Counted from the first letter of the stretch, positions 8,244 through 18,714 are shown. The stretch is DNA of 58,309 nucleotides from a bacterium (GCA_031441465.1 JANOEP010000032.1:1-58309), one strand, 5' to 3'. A program made the numbers and translations. The notes: generated by a model from the letters alone, not told the origin.

Positions 8244-9743
8244 CTAGCGCCAGACGGCCTGGCGTCCCGAGTTCGCGAGATCCAGGTTCACCGCGGGCCC
8301 GGAAGCGCGGCCGGTCAGCCGCAGGCCGAGCGCGATGCGGCCGTCGTCGCCCTTCAGTAGGTCGGCGAACGGCGTCATCGAACCGAGTTCGGGCCGGAAG
8401 CCGGCCGGCAGCTTCACGACGAGCGCCAGGTCGAGCGGCCCCGCAAGGTCGAGCCAGCCCCGCCCCCGCCAGTCGGTGTCGGGTCCCTCGAGCTTCAGGT
8501 CGTCGGCCGAAAGCCGGCCGCCGCGCAAGACGAGGTTGCAGGTCAGGGTGCGGTAGCGGATGTCCTGCAGGTCGCGCCGTTCTCCCAGGTAGGAGACGAC
8601 GTCGGTCAGCCAGTCCTGCGCGTGCACGACGCCGTCGCGCGACTTGACGGCCGCCTCGATCTGCAGGACCGCGGGCGCCGAACCGGACGGGCCGACCGCG
8701 AAGCTGCCCCGCGCCTCGGCGTCGGCCGTCCCGTCGACGTACCCCGTCGCGCCGGGCGCGAGCACCCGCAGCAGTTCCGCGAGTGCGACATCCGCGCAAC
8801 TCGCCTCGAAACTGCACTGCGGCGCGGCGCGATCCAGATCGGAAACGGTGAGGCGGCCGGTGACGCGGCCGTCGCCGATCCCGACGTCGGCCTCGCGCAC
8901 GTCGAGCCGGCCGGCCTGCAGGTCGGCCGCCGCCTTGACGGTCCAGGGTTCGTCGCTCCCGGCAAAACTCACGGCCAGTTCCGACACTTCCGCGCGGCCG
9001 GTCAGGCCGGGAGCGAGATCCCGGAACCTCAGCGGCGCCGGCAGCGGCCACGGCCAGTCGAAGCGGCCCTCGGCTGCCACCTTCCCGCCCGCCAGGCCCG
9101 CCACCGGCGTGACGCCCAGGACCGGGCGCCGCGGCAGGGCCGCGAACAAGGCCGCCGGATCGCACTCCCGCAGGCGCCACTCCCCGCGCAGGCGGTCGGG
9201 TGCCGGCCAACCCGCCAACTCCACGTCGGCGGAGACGGCGACCCCGCTCCAGAGCGCGTCGTCCACATGGACGCGCAGCAGTCCGGTCAGCGGGGCGAGG
9301 GTCGCCGCAGCCGCCTGCACGCGGAACGTCCGATCACCGCCGACACCGGCAGCCGCCGCGACCCACTCGAGGCGTGGCTGGTCGAGCTTCACCTCGCGCA
9401 GCGCGGCGCGCCCGTGCCGCAGTTCACGCCAGTCCGGGTGCGCCGTCACGGATTTCACCACCAGCGTCCAGGCGGCGAGACCCGCGGCATCCACCCCCGC
9501 GGCATCCAAGTCGGCGCCGGTCCCGCGCGCCGCCACGCCGGACAGCACGATCCTCGGCGTGGGCCAGAGATCGACCCGCGCACCGCCGACGGTCACCTCG
9601 GCGCCCGTCCGCGCGCGCAGGTCATCGAGCGCCGCCATGACGAACCGGTCGACCGGCAGCAGGTAACGCACGGCCAACGTCAGCGTTGTCAGCAAGACCG
9701 CCACGACGACCAGGACCATGAGCCAACGGCGGGACCGTTTCAT
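8244..9743 (-). CDS. AsmA-family envelope protein
   Basis: N-terminal TM anchor, LREVKLDQPRL, C-terminal GRGWLDLAGPLDL...LTGRASGPAV; ATGA overlap with mnmA. Confidence 0.8.
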   Translation of the reverse strand: MKRSRRWLMVLVVVAVLLTTLTLAVRYLLPVDRFVMAALDDLRARTGAEVTVGGARVDLWPTPRIVLSGVAARGTGADLDAAGVDAAGLAAWTLVVKSVTAHPDWRELRHGRAALREVKLDQPRLEWVAAAAGVGGDRTFRVQAAAATLAPLTGLLRVHVDDALWSGVAVSADVELAGWPAPDRLRGEWRLRECDPAALFAALPRRPVLGVTPVAGLAGGKVAAEGRFDWPWPLPAPLRFRDLAPGLTGRAEVSELAVSFAGSDEPWTVKAAADLQAGRLDVREADVGIGDGRVTGRLTVSDLDRAAPQCSFEASCADVALAELLRVLAPGATGYVDGTADAEARGSFAVGPSGSAPAVLQIEAAVKSRDGVVHAQDWLTDVVSYLGERRDLQDIRYRTLTCNLVLRGGRLSADDLKLEGPDTDWRGRGWLDLAGPLDLALVVKLPAGFRPELGSMTPFADLLKGDDGRIALGLRLTGRASGPAVNLDLANSGRQAVWR

Positions 9744-10897
9744 GCGACGACCTCTCCCCCGGCCGGGTCGGTGCCGACGATGTGGCCGCCGCCGCAGACG
9801 CGGTCCCCCCGGTAGAGCACCAGGAACTGGCCCGGGGCCACGCCCTCGGCCGCGACGTCCAACTCGACCTCGAACAGCGCGCCGCGGCGCGACCACGACC
9901 TGACCGGGGCGCCGGCGTGGCGGTGCCGCAGCTGGACCGTCCACGGGCCGCCGTCCGACGGGCCGCGATCCGCCACACCGGCCAGGTCCGCGAACCCGTC
10001 GCAACGCACGCGGGCGACTCTCAGCGCGTCGCGCGGTCCCACCACCACGCGGTTGCGCTCCTTCTCGAGCGCGACGACGAACAGGGGCTCGGCGTCGGCG
10101 ATGCCCAACCCGCGTCGCTGCCCCACGGTGTAGAGCGCGAGACCGCGGTGGCGTCCCAGGACCCGGCCGTCCCGGTAGACGATCTCACCGCCGGCACCCG
10201 TGTCCCGGCCCTGGAACAGGAACGAGCGATCGTCGTCCGGCACGAAGCAGATCTCCTGGCTGTCGGGGCGCGCCGCCGCCTCGAGTCCCAGCGCGGCCGC
10301 GGCCGCCCGCACGTCGGCCTTGGACGACCAGCCCAACGGGAACACGCAGCGCCCCAGCAGGCCGCGGTCCAGCCGGTGCAGGAAGTAGGACTGGTCCTTG
10401 TCGGGATCCAGGGCGCGGTGCAGGCAAGGCCCGTCGGGACCGGCCAGGGCCCGGGCGTAGTGGCCGGTCGCGACGAAGTCGAGGCCCAGCTCGTCGGCCA
10501 GATGCGTCAACTGCGGGAAACGGACGGTGGAGTTGCAGCCCACGCAGGGATTCGGCGTGCGGCCGGCGAGGTACTCGTCCACGAAGGGCTCGATCACCCG
10601 CGTGAGGAACGTCGGCTCCACGCCGCTGACCCAGTGGCGCACGCCCCGGGAGGCGGCGGTGCGTCGCGCGGCGTCGATGGCGTCGAGGGAGCAGCACGAG
10701 CGGTTGCCTTCCCCGCCGAATTCCCCGCCGCTGGTGCAGAAGTTCTTCAGGGTGACCGCGTGCACCTCGCAACCGAGGTGCTGCAGCAGGGCGAGCGCCA
10801 CGCTGCTGTCCACGCCGCCGCTCAAGCCGAGCAGGACACCGCAGCCGTGCGGCAGCGCGGCGCGCAGGGCGTCGGCGACGGGCAGGGGAAAGTTCAT
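9740..10897 (-). CDS. mnmA: tRNA 2-thiouridine(34) synthase MnmA
   Basis: SGGVDSS, GRTPNPCVGCN, ATGHYAR, KDQSYFL, DSQEICF, YTVGQRRGLG. Confidence 0.97.
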   Translation of the reverse strand: MNFPLPVADALRAALPHGCGVLLGLSGGVDSSVALALLQHLGCEVHAVTLKNFCTSGGEFGGEGNRSCCSLDAIDAARRTAASRGVRHWVSGVEPTFLTRVIEPFVDEYLAGRTPNPCVGCNSTVRFPQLTHLADELGLDFVATGHYARALAGPDGPCLHRALDPDKDQSYFLHRLDRGLLGRCVFPLGWSSKADVRAAAAALGLEAAARPDSQEICFVPDDDRSFLFQGRDTGAGGEIVYRDGRVLGRHRGLALYTVGQRRGLGIADAEPLFVVALEKERNRVVVGPRDALRVARVRCDGFADLAGVADRGPSDGGPWTVQLRHRHAGAPVRSWSRRGALFEVELDVAAEGVAPGQFLVLYRGDRVCGGGHIVGTDPAGGEVVA

Positions 10898-10928
10898 CGC
10901 ACTCCGGCGGGCCGATCGGCTGGTCGGG

Positions 10929-11717
10929 TCAGGAATGGGAAGGCTCCGCGAGCCCCGCGGGGACTTCGGCCTTCATCAGGTCCTGGATCACTTTGATGTT
11001 CTCGCGCGAACGCGAGCCGATGTCGCCGTCCCGGTCGTACTTGGCGGCGGCCTCCCACTCGCGGATGGCCTCGCGGTACATTTTCGATTCGGCGAACATG
11101 ATCGCCAGATTGTAGTGCGCCAGGGAACTGCGGGGGTTGAGGGCCAGCACCGCGTTGAACTGCTCGATCGCTTCGGCGTACTGGTGGCGGCGGAAGTTCA
11201 GGGAGCCGAGGTTGCAGCGGGCCTTCTCGTCGTCGGGCCGCAGCCTGATGGCGTGCTTGTAGCACTCGCGCGCCGAGGTCACCGCGTTGCGGGCGATGGC
11301 GTCGCGCCCCTCGGCCACGTCGTCCCAGATCAGGCCGGCGTTCACCAGCGGCTCGACGAACAGGGTGTCCAGCGCCGAGGCCCGTTGGAAATAGACGAGC
11401 GCGGAGTCCAGCGTGGCGTTGCGCCCGGTCGGCGAGTTCGGGCCCGGAGAGGGAGCGTCGGGGGCGGCCGCGGCCTGGTAGGCCAGGTTGCCGAGTTCGT
11501 ACCAGGCGATGGGGGCCGGGACCGTGCCGTCGGCCAACGCACGGCGCAGCGCCTCGTCCTGCTGATCGGCGGGCAACCCGCGGAACGGGGCCAGGGCCGT
11601 CTCCAAGCCGCCAGCGGCCGTCTTGCCCCGGCAGCCGCCCACGAGCAGCGGGAGAGCGGCCACCAACAGCAGGCCGCATGCCACACAACGGATGTCCGAT
11701 CGGATGCCGTGCCTCAA
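10929..11717 (-). CDS. TPR-repeat protein, probable lipoprotein
   Basis: LLVGGC lipobox-like site; TPR units such as WYELGNLAY, ARCNLGSLNF, AHYNLAIMF. Start uncertain. Confidence 0.8.
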   Translation of the reverse strand: MRHGIRSDIRCVACGLLLVAALPLLVGGCRGKTAAGGLETALAPFRGLPADQQDEALRRALADGTVPAPIAWYELGNLAYQAAAAPDAPSPGPNSPTGRNATLDSALVYFQRASALDTLFVEPLVNAGLIWDDVAEGRDAIARNAVTSARECYKHAIRLRPDDEKARCNLGSLNFRRHQYAEAIEQFNAVLALNPRSSLAHYNLAIMFAESKMYREAIREWEAAAKYDRDGDIGSRSRENIKVIQDLMKAEVPAGLAEPSHS

Positions 11718-11769
11718 GTCCGTTCCCCTCCTGTTGGGATGCTCGCCCTCGGGGGCGACTCCCCTGATC

Positions 11770-13014
11770 CTACCACCATCGCTCCAGACCCGCCAGCGAG
11801 ACCGTCAAGCGCCAGGTGCGGTCGGCCAGGCCGTTCTCCACGCGATCGCCCGTCCAACCGTAGGACAGGGCGACGTCCAGATGGCCGCTCTGATCACGGA
11901 ACGTCAGGCCCGTGCCGGCCGCGATCCTGGTCTCCATCACGTCGGCGCCGCCGACCCGATAGGGCCAGCACTGGCGCGAGACCCCCAGGCGCAGCGGCAG
12001 GTTGCGCCAGCCGCCGCGGCGGCGCCACTGCTCGACGCGTTCCACGCCGGCGCTCCAGCGCCAGGCGTCGACCATCTCGGCCGCCCAGGTCGCGTTGCCC
12101 TCGAAACCGCCGAAGGGCTGGGACTCGAACTCGCACCCGGCGCGCCAGCGGCCGTGCACGGGCATCTGGGCGCCCAGGGTCCAGGTCGCCGGCAGCCTGA
12201 CCTCGTACGCCTGGGTCCGCGAACCCGGCAGACCGAGCATGTCCCGGGTGCGGGTCATGTTCCAGTCGTGTCCCGGCGTGACCGAGGCGCCAAGGCTCAA
12301 CTCGCGCCACGGCCTGGCCAGGACCGACCACGTCGTCGACAGGCCGTTGATGTCGTCGGTGAGGACCTCCGAGACGGCCACGTACGGCGAGTCGCCGCTG
12401 CCGTCCGGGGTGCCCAGATCGTCGCGGAGGCGCTCCCGCACGACGCCGCGCACCAGGTTCAGGGTGGCGCCGAGCGAAAGCCGGTCGTTCACGCGGTAGG
12501 CGCCGCCGAGCGGCACTTCGAACTGCGTGCCCTCGCGCACCAGCGTCTCGGTCCCGTGGAAGAGCACCGGATCGCCCAACGGGTCGGCGGGATCGGGCAA
12601 CCACGTCTCCAGCGGGGTCACGGTCGTGTACTGGGTGCCTCGCAGGGCGCGGAACCCGGCCGTCACGACGGCGCGCCCGCCGTCGAGCGGCAGGCCGAGT
12701 CGCACGCTCGGCGTGGTGACGCGGCTGGAGTTGCGGCTGGCCGTCGCCGTCTCGCTGGCGGTCAGCGCCGCGAAACCGCAGACCGAGATGGCGACGTGGC
12801 GCAGCCCGGGCAGCCCGGCGACGTTGTGGAACGAAGGCGACAAGGTGTCGCTCTCGGCGACGCCCCAGCCGCCGCGGCCCTCGATCCTCGCGTCGCTGAC
12901 GCGGATGTCCTGGCCGATGTTCGTCAACGCGAAGGGGCTCTGCGCCGGGGCCGCCGCGGCGCCCAGCAACAGGGTCAGGGCGGCGACGGCCGCGACGCGC
13001 GCGCAGGCGCTCAT
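11770..13014 (-). CDS. FadL/OmpP1-like outer-membrane beta-barrel protein
   Basis: Signal peptide; mature N-terminus QSPF...IG...ARIEGRGG...NVAGL resembles the FadL-type hatch; alternating strands; C-terminus LERWW. Confidence 0.7.
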   Translation of the reverse strand: MSACARVAAVAALTLLLGAAAAPAQSPFALTNIGQDIRVSDARIEGRGGWGVAESDTLSPSFHNVAGLPGLRHVAISVCGFAALTASETATASRNSSRVTTPSVRLGLPLDGGRAVVTAGFRALRGTQYTTVTPLETWLPDPADPLGDPVLFHGTETLVREGTQFEVPLGGAYRVNDRLSLGATLNLVRGVVRERLRDDLGTPDGSGDSPYVAVSEVLTDDINGLSTTWSVLARPWRELSLGASVTPGHDWNMTRTRDMLGLPGSRTQAYEVRLPATWTLGAQMPVHGRWRAGCEFESQPFGGFEGNATWAAEMVDAWRWSAGVERVEQWRRRGGWRNLPLRLGVSRQCWPYRVGGADVMETRIAAGTGLTFRDQSGHLDVALSYGWTGDRVENGLADRTWRLTVSLAGLERWW

Positions 13015-14387
13015 GACCCACCTCCGCTGAACGGCGTGAAGGTGATTTCGAAGTGGGGCTTCTGCGCGGCGTACCCCGTACCCAGGAAGAGCATCCGGCC
13101 GAAGTAGAAGTCCGGCGAGTAGTTCCCGCTGATCGCGAAGCCGCCGAAATCCTCGCCGGCGGTCAGCAGCAGTACCGTGTCCGGCGCGAGGGCGCCGTTG
13201 CGCGCGCGCTGCAGGGTCCCGGTGACGTCGAACCCGACCCAGGTCTCCTCGTCGAAGATCATCTGGCCGATGTCGACCACGAGGTTGCCGGCGGACGTGA
13301 CGGCGGCCGCTTCGATCTCCTGGATGGTGACCGTGTCGCGGCCCGCGAGCAGGGACAGCGGCACCTCGTGCAGGACGAGCGATTCCACCGGGCCGAAGCT
13401 GTTCGCGTCGATCGCGAGCCGCAGCACGGCGCGGTTGATCAGGATGTCGTCCGGGAGGTCGGCCAGATCGGGGAAGAAGTAGGGGTAGCGCCGCAGGTGC
13501 GTCTGGACCTCGATCCCGGCCGCGAGGTCCGCGGGGGGCGCCGCGAGCGCGTGGAAGGTCGAGACGTCGACGTCCGGCTCGAAGACGAACGCGGTGTCGA
13601 GTTCCGCGGCCGGATTCCTGTACGCGACCGTCAGCACGGGGCCGACCGTCGTGCCGGCGCCGACCAGGTCGATCTCCTGGTAACCCGCCGTCGTCATGTC
13701 GACGGCGGCGTACCCGACCAGCCCGGGCTGCGAACCCGCACCCTCGCGGATCAGCAGGCCGTTCATGCCGGAAGTCATCCACAACAGGAACTGCTCGACG
13801 GGCAGGTCCAGGAACACCGACGCGCCGGAGCCCTCCTGCGAGGCGATCTGCGCGGCCAGCGCCGGCTCGGGACCGGGATAGAGGGCGACGTCGAGGGGTG
13901 CGGCCAGCGTGTGGGTCTCGAACACCTTCAGCGGGTTCTGCGGCAGCAGCGGGTGCACCTCGTCCAGCAGCGAATCGGGGACGGCGGCGTAGGCTTCGGT
14001 GCGGAAGAGCCGCAGCTTCACGCTGGTGACGGTCGTCTCGTCGATGACGACGCCCGCGGGAAGGCTGTCCGGCAGCGTGCTCACGTCGTAGTGCGCGAGG
14101 ATCGAGGAGGCGTCGGCGCCCTGGATCCCGAAGTAGAGCAGCTCGTTGTGGTCGTAGGACAGCGCTTCGTCCTTGACGGCCACTCTGCCGCTCACCGCCA
14201 GGGTCTCGACGAACACCGTCTGCTGCGTGTTGAGCTGCAGTTCGCCCGGCAGGGCCGTGCCGACGGGGTTCGCCTCGTCGCTCGTGCAGCCGGCCAGGGC
14301 GGCGATCAGGATGGAGGCGGCGATCCTGGTACAAGCCGTGAACGCCGTGAGCCGCGGCGGCGCCGCCCGCGGTGGGAGCTGGGACAT
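13011..14387 (-). CDS. Large lipoprotein (DUF4270-like)
   Basis: LAGC lipobox followed by TSDEANPVG; INRAVLRL and KPHFEITFT segments resemble DUF4270. Confidence 0.65.
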   Translation of the reverse strand: MSQLPPRAAPPRLTAFTACTRIAASILIAALAGCTSDEANPVGTALPGELQLNTQQTVFVETLAVSGRVAVKDEALSYDHNELLYFGIQGADASSILAHYDVSTLPDSLPAGVVIDETTVTSVKLRLFRTEAYAAVPDSLLDEVHPLLPQNPLKVFETHTLAAPLDVALYPGPEPALAAQIASQEGSGASVFLDLPVEQFLLWMTSGMNGLLIREGAGSQPGLVGYAAVDMTTAGYQEIDLVGAGTTVGPVLTVAYRNPAAELDTAFVFEPDVDVSTFHALAAPPADLAAGIEVQTHLRRYPYFFPDLADLPDDILINRAVLRLAIDANSFGPVESLVLHEVPLSLLAGRDTVTIQEIEAAAVTSAGNLVVDIGQMIFDEETWVGFDVTGTLQRARNGALAPDTVLLLTAGEDFGGFAISGNYSPDFYFGRMLFLGTGYAAQKPHFEITFTPFSGGGS

Positions 14388-14458
14388 GCGGTCTCCTTCA
14401 CTGGTCCGGGACGCCGGCTTGGCGGGCCGGCGCATTCTAGGTCTCGGGCCGGGAGGCG

Positions 14459-14887
14459 TCAAGGCGCGCTCCCGGAATCGGCGGTCTCGACGCGCGCGGA
14501 CAGGCTCACGCGCGCGTAGCCGCTGTCCTTGATGAGGTCGATCAGGTGCACCACGCGCCCGTGCTGGCTGTTGGTGTCGGCGCGCAGGACGATGCGGTCG
14601 TCGCCGGATTCGGCCATCCGCGCCCGCAGGGCCGCGACGAGGTCCGCCTCGTCGATCGGCGCGCGGTCCAGGTACAGGGCTCCCTGCTCGGTCAGGGTGA
14701 GCACGGACGGGCCCTGATCGGCGGCGCCGGCGCTGGTCGAGCTGGGCAGGTCGAGCTGGATGGCCGGCTGCTGCACGTTGAACGTCGAGGTGACCGTCAC
14801 GAAGATCAGCATCAGGAACATGACGTCGACCAGCGGCGTCACGTTGATGAACAGGCTGTTGCTCTTGCGCGGCGGGGCGAACTGCAT
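14459..14887 (-). CDS. exbD: ExbD/TolR biopolymer transporter
   Basis: INVTPLVDVMFLMLIF, IVLRAD. Confidence 0.92.
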   Translation of the reverse strand: MQFAPPRKSNSLFINVTPLVDVMFLMLIFVTVTSTFNVQQPAIQLDLPSSTSAGAADQGPSVLTLTEQGALYLDRAPIDEADLVAALRARMAESGDDRIVLRADTNSQHGRVVHLIDLIKDSGYARVSLSARVETADSGSAP

Positions 14888-14889
14888 GG

Positions 14890-15522
14890 TCAGCTCCCGT
14901 CCGGCGTCGCGGCGCGCAGGCGCCGGTCGCGCAAGGTGTCCAGGATCTGCGCGGCGTACTGCTCGAGTTCGAAGATGATCCCGTCGGCGCGACCGCGCAG
15001 CCAGTGGAACCCGACCAGCGCCGGGATGCCGATCACCAGGCCGGCGGCCGTGGTGATCATGGCCTCGGAGATGCCGCCCGACAGCATGGCGGCGTCGCCG
15101 AGGCCCTGCGTCCTGACGTCCCCGAACAGGCGGATCAGACCGGAAACCGTCCCGAGCAGCCCCAGCAGCGGCGCCACCGCCGCCACCACCTCCAGGATGT
15201 TGAGGTGGCGCGAGATGCGGACGGCCTCCTGCCGGCCGGCTTCCTGCAGGACGTCGCGCACGATCTGCCAGTCGTGGTCGGCGTGGTCGAGCCCGACCTT
15301 GACGACGGCGGCGAAGGGCCCCGGGTTGCGGGCCAGGATGGCCCGGGCCACGACGAAGTCGTCCGCGGCGTGCAGGGTCGCGACCGCGCCCGCGACCTCC
15401 GGCAGCAGGATCCGGCTGCGGCGCAGCGCGAAGTACCGCTCGATGAACGCGGTCAGCGCGATCAGGGAGCACAGGCCGAGCGGGATCATCGTGAGGTTGC
15501 CGGCGCGGATCAGTTCCCACAT
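14890..15522 (-). CDS. exbB: ExbB/TolQ/MotA proton channel
   Basis: APLLGLLGTV, GISEAMITTAAGL. Confidence 0.92.
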   Translation of the reverse strand: MWELIRAGNLTMIPLGLCSLIALTAFIERYFALRRSRILLPEVAGAVATLHAADDFVVARAILARNPGPFAAVVKVGLDHADHDWQIVRDVLQEAGRQEAVRISRHLNILEVVAAVAPLLGLLGTVSGLIRLFGDVRTQGLGDAAMLSGGISEAMITTAAGLVIGIPALVGFHWLRGRADGIIFELEQYAAQILDTLRDRRLRAATPDGS

Positions 15523-15571
15523 GTCCTGTCCAATCCTTCTCTGAAGTCGCGCAGGGAAGTGCCGCCGCGGA

Positions 15572-16654
15572 TCAGCGGCGCGGCCCGGCGGGCGGGAGTT
15601 CTTCCTGCGCAGAGTAATGGAGCTTCACGGTCAAGACAAGTTCGGGGTCCGGGAAGTGGCCCGGCAGCGGTTGCAGCGGCGCCGTTGCGCGCAAGGCCGC
15701 CACGCTCGCCTGGTGCAGGGACTCGTGGCCCTGCTTCTCCACCACTACCATGGCACTGACCGCGCCGTCGGGCTGGATCACGAGTTCCACGACCGTCCAA
15801 CCGTCGATCACCCCGAGGTGGTAGGCGTAGGGCGGGATCCAGTTGGGCAGGAAGTCCCGCTTGAAGGTCTCCAGCCACGGCGCGAAATCCCACTCGACAG
15901 TGCTCAACTGAAAGTCCCCGAAGCGGATCTGGTTCCCGCCGGCGGGGCTGAACTCCTCCTGCCGATAGTCGAAACCGAGGTCGCCCGGCTGACGGACGAG
16001 ATCGTCCAGGATCGAGACCGGAGCTGCCTCGGGCACCTGCACGAGACCAGGCGCGGCGGGCTGGCCGCCTTCACCCCGGCGGGCGTGTTGCGTCAGGTCG
16101 GCGTCGCCGCCGCTGGCGGTGGTCCCACCTGGGGCTTGCGGCAGTTCCCGCCCGAGGCGCTCCCGCTCGCCTTCGGCGTCGCGATCGCCTTCGGCCTGAC
16201 CGCTGCCACCCTCGGGGGCCGCCGGGGCCGACGCGATCGCCGGTTCGCTGCCGCCCCCACCCCCACCCGGGACGATCGCCACCTGCGGGAATTCACCGAC
16301 CCGCGCCGCACCCGGGGACGACCCCGGATCGCCGCCGGGGATCAGGTCCGCCGCGAGGCTGTTGCGCAGCGCCAGGAAGTCGGGATTCTCCGGCGGCGAC
16401 TCGGCCTGCTGGCGTTCCGGCACGCTCGTGTACGCGGTCGGCAGTTTCACGACGGGCAGGAACGCCGTGGCCGGCTCCGGATCCAGCGTCACCTCGACGG
16501 TCTCGTCGCGGGGACGGGGTACGGCCGGCTTCGAATCGGACGCGAACGGGTTGGTATGCCAGGTGACGGCCAGCAGGAGCGCATGCAGCGACAGCGCGGC
16601 CAGGAAGGCCAGGAATGTGGGACGGCGCTCGCGCACGGTTCTCCTTGACGTCAC
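15572..16654 (-). CDS. TonB-family energy transducer
   Basis: TM helix with SxxxH (ALSLHALL), Pro/Gly-rich linker, TonB C-terminal domain. Start uncertain. Confidence 0.8.
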   Translation of the reverse strand: MTSRRTVRERRPTFLAFLAALSLHALLLAVTWHTNPFASDSKPAVPRPRDETVEVTLDPEPATAFLPVVKLPTAYTSVPERQQAESPPENPDFLALRNSLAADLIPGGDPGSSPGAARVGEFPQVAIVPGGGGGGSEPAIASAPAAPEGGSGQAEGDRDAEGERERLGRELPQAPGGTTASGGDADLTQHARRGEGGQPAAPGLVQVPEAAPVSILDDLVRQPGDLGFDYRQEEFSPAGGNQIRFGDFQLSTVEWDFAPWLETFKRDFLPNWIPPYAYHLGVIDGWTVVELVIQPDGAVSAMVVVEKQGHESLHQASVAALRATAPLQPLPGHFPDPELVLTVKLHYSAQEELPPAGPRR

Positions 16655-16719
16655 CGGATGCGGTGAGGATCGTGGGATGCCTCGAGACCGGCTGCGCTCA
16701 TCCCGCTGAAGGGTCTACC

Positions 16720-17730
16720 ATGCACCGACCCGGTTCACAAGACAACCGTCCAGCCGAGGCCGAGCGGATCGTCCGCGCGGTGGCGGCGCTGCGGCGACGG
16801 TATCCGGACCGTTTCGAACCTGACGTGCCGCTGAGTTCCGTCACGACCCTGCGCATCGGCGGTCCCGCGCTCGGTCTCGCCTGGCTGCGAAACAGCGGGG
16901 ACGCCCGGCGGTTCCTGGAAAACACCCGCGAGGCGGAAATCCCCGCCGTCTGTCTGGGCGGCGGCAGCAACGTCCTGGCCGACGATCGCGGTTTTTGCGG
17001 GTTGGTCGGTGTCATGTCCGCCGACGCCCTGGAAATTCGCGGCGACACCGTCCGGGCGGGTGCGGGTATCCCGCTCGACCAGCTGATCGACGCGAGCTTG
17101 CGGGCGGGCTTGACGGGCCTGGAGTTCGCCTCCGGCATTCCGGGCAGCCTGGGGGGGGCCCTGGTCGGCAACGCCGGCTGCTACGGCCACGAGATCGGCG
17201 AGTTCTTGCGTGAGGCCACCGTCCTGCGGGAGGACGGGCGCGTCGAGGCGGTCGGCCCCGAAGAATTCGCCTTCGCCTACCGGCAGACAGCCTTCAAGGA
17301 GAGCCGGGACCTCATCCTCGAGGCCGTGCTGGCGCTGAAGCGGGAAGATGTGGGCGCCGCTCTCGTCGAGCGCGCCGACCACCTCGCGTCCCGGCGCGAA
17401 AAGCACCCCGTCGACCTCCCCTGCGCCGGCAGCTGGTTCAAGAACCTGCCACCCGTCGAACCCGGCGGCTGGCGGCGACCCGCCGGGGCGCTGCTGGAGT
17501 CCGTCGGGGCGAAGCAGATGCGGTTCGGCGACGCCGGCGTCTTCGCGGGACACGCCAACATCATCGTCAACCTGGGCTGCGCCCGCAGCGACGACGTCCT
17601 GGCCCTGGCCGCGGCGATGAGGGCGGCCGTCCACGACCGGTACGGGATCCGGCTCGAGGCCGAAGTCCGTCACCTACCCTGGCTTGCGGAACCGGACCGG
17701 CCGGGGAATCCCTGGGCCTTTCGGGGTTGA
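16720..17730 (+). CDS. murB: UDP-N-acetylenolpyruvoylglucosamine reductase
   Basis: TTLRIGGPA, GGGSNVL, GIPGSLGGALVGNAG, AGSWFKN, HANIIVN. Confidence 0.95.
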   Translation: MHRPGSQDNRPAEAERIVRAVAALRRRYPDRFEPDVPLSSVTTLRIGGPALGLAWLRNSGDARRFLENTREAEIPAVCLGGGSNVLADDRGFCGLVGVMSADALEIRGDTVRAGAGIPLDQLIDASLRAGLTGLEFASGIPGSLGGALVGNAGCYGHEIGEFLREATVLREDGRVEAVGPEEFAFAYRQTAFKESRDLILEAVLALKREDVGAALVERADHLASRREKHPVDLPCAGSWFKNLPPVEPGGWRRPAGALLESVGAKQMRFGDAGVFAGHANIIVNLGCARSDDVLALAAAMRAAVHDRYGIRLEAEVRHLPWLAEPDRPGNPWAFRG

Positions 17731-17796
17731 CACCGGCCCGGCAAGATCCGACATTCACACTCACGGAAGCGCATCGCAACGGGACAGGAGCTGACC

Positions 17797-18714
17797 ATGC
17801 ATCAGAAACTGTTGGCCCTCGTTTTTTGCCTGCTGGCGTTCGCCGTCGCGGATGCCGGGGCGCAGGAGCAAGCGGCCGGCGAACGGTCCTACAACCTGCG
17901 CCATACCTCCCTCGAGGAGCAGCAGGCGGCCGAGGTCGCGGAAGAGATCCAGCAGGTCGAGTACGAGCCGATCATCAACGAGCGCACGCTCGAGGCCACG
18001 GTCACGCTGGGCTTCTGGGTGCTCGACAAGACCCTGTTGGAGCACGACAACATCATCTACAAATACACCGACGAGGACACCTACTACGGCGATGTCGCCA
18101 TCAAGGGGCAGTCGGCCTTCAATCCCCAGCTGCGTTTGAACTACAACCTCTACCCGTGGTTCTCGCTGGAGCCGATCTTCGGCGTTTCGGTGTCGGAGTA
18201 CACGGCCACGGTCGGGCACCCGCAGTCGCTTTCCAACCAGGCGATCGGCGGCGGGGCGGCCTTGGAGGACGTGGAAGGCATCGGCGAGTACGATGCCGAG
18301 AACCGCTCGATCATCACCTTGAGCACGGGCCTGAACGCGGTCTTCTATCCCCACGACTACGGGAATTTCGCCAAGGGACGCTGGCACCCCTACGTGCAGG
18401 GCGGCTTCACGCGCACTTGGCTCAGCATCAACTCCGACTACACGGGTGACAGCGCCAACGCCTGGGACCTCAACGGCGGCGGCGGCATCAGGCTCGTCGC
18501 GGACAAGCTCATCAGCATCCGCTTCGAGGTCCTCTTCCACCACATGACTTTGGATTTCGAGCCGAAAGATTCGTTCCGCGTGCTGGATGAGGGCGAGACC
18601 AGGATCCCCGTCTACGAGTACATCGAAGGCAGCGGCCCCCAGCGGGTGACCGACTTCGCCTCGCAGACCCTCAACACGATGAGCTGGGCCCTGGGCTTCA
18701 CGGCCAATTTCTAG
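17797..18714 (+). CDS. Outer-membrane beta-barrel protein (OmpA/OmpW-like strand pattern)
   Basis: Signal peptide, WHPYVQGG, GGGIRL, terminal ALGFTANF; AGGAG RBS; TTGACA-N17-GACATT at 17727-17755. Confidence 0.8.
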   Translation: MHQKLLALVFCLLAFAVADAGAQEQAAGERSYNLRHTSLEEQQAAEVAEEIQQVEYEPIINERTLEATVTLGFWVLDKTLLEHDNIIYKYTDEDTYYGDVAIKGQSAFNPQLRLNYNLYPWFSLEPIFGVSVSEYTATVGHPQSLSNQAIGGGAALEDVEGIGEYDAENRSIITLSTGLNAVFYPHDYGNFAKGRWHPYVQGGFTRTWLSINSDYTGDSANAWDLNGGGGIRLVADKLISIRFEVLFHHMTLDFEPKDSFRVLDEGETRIPVYEYIEGSGPQRVTDFASQTLNTMSWALGFTANF

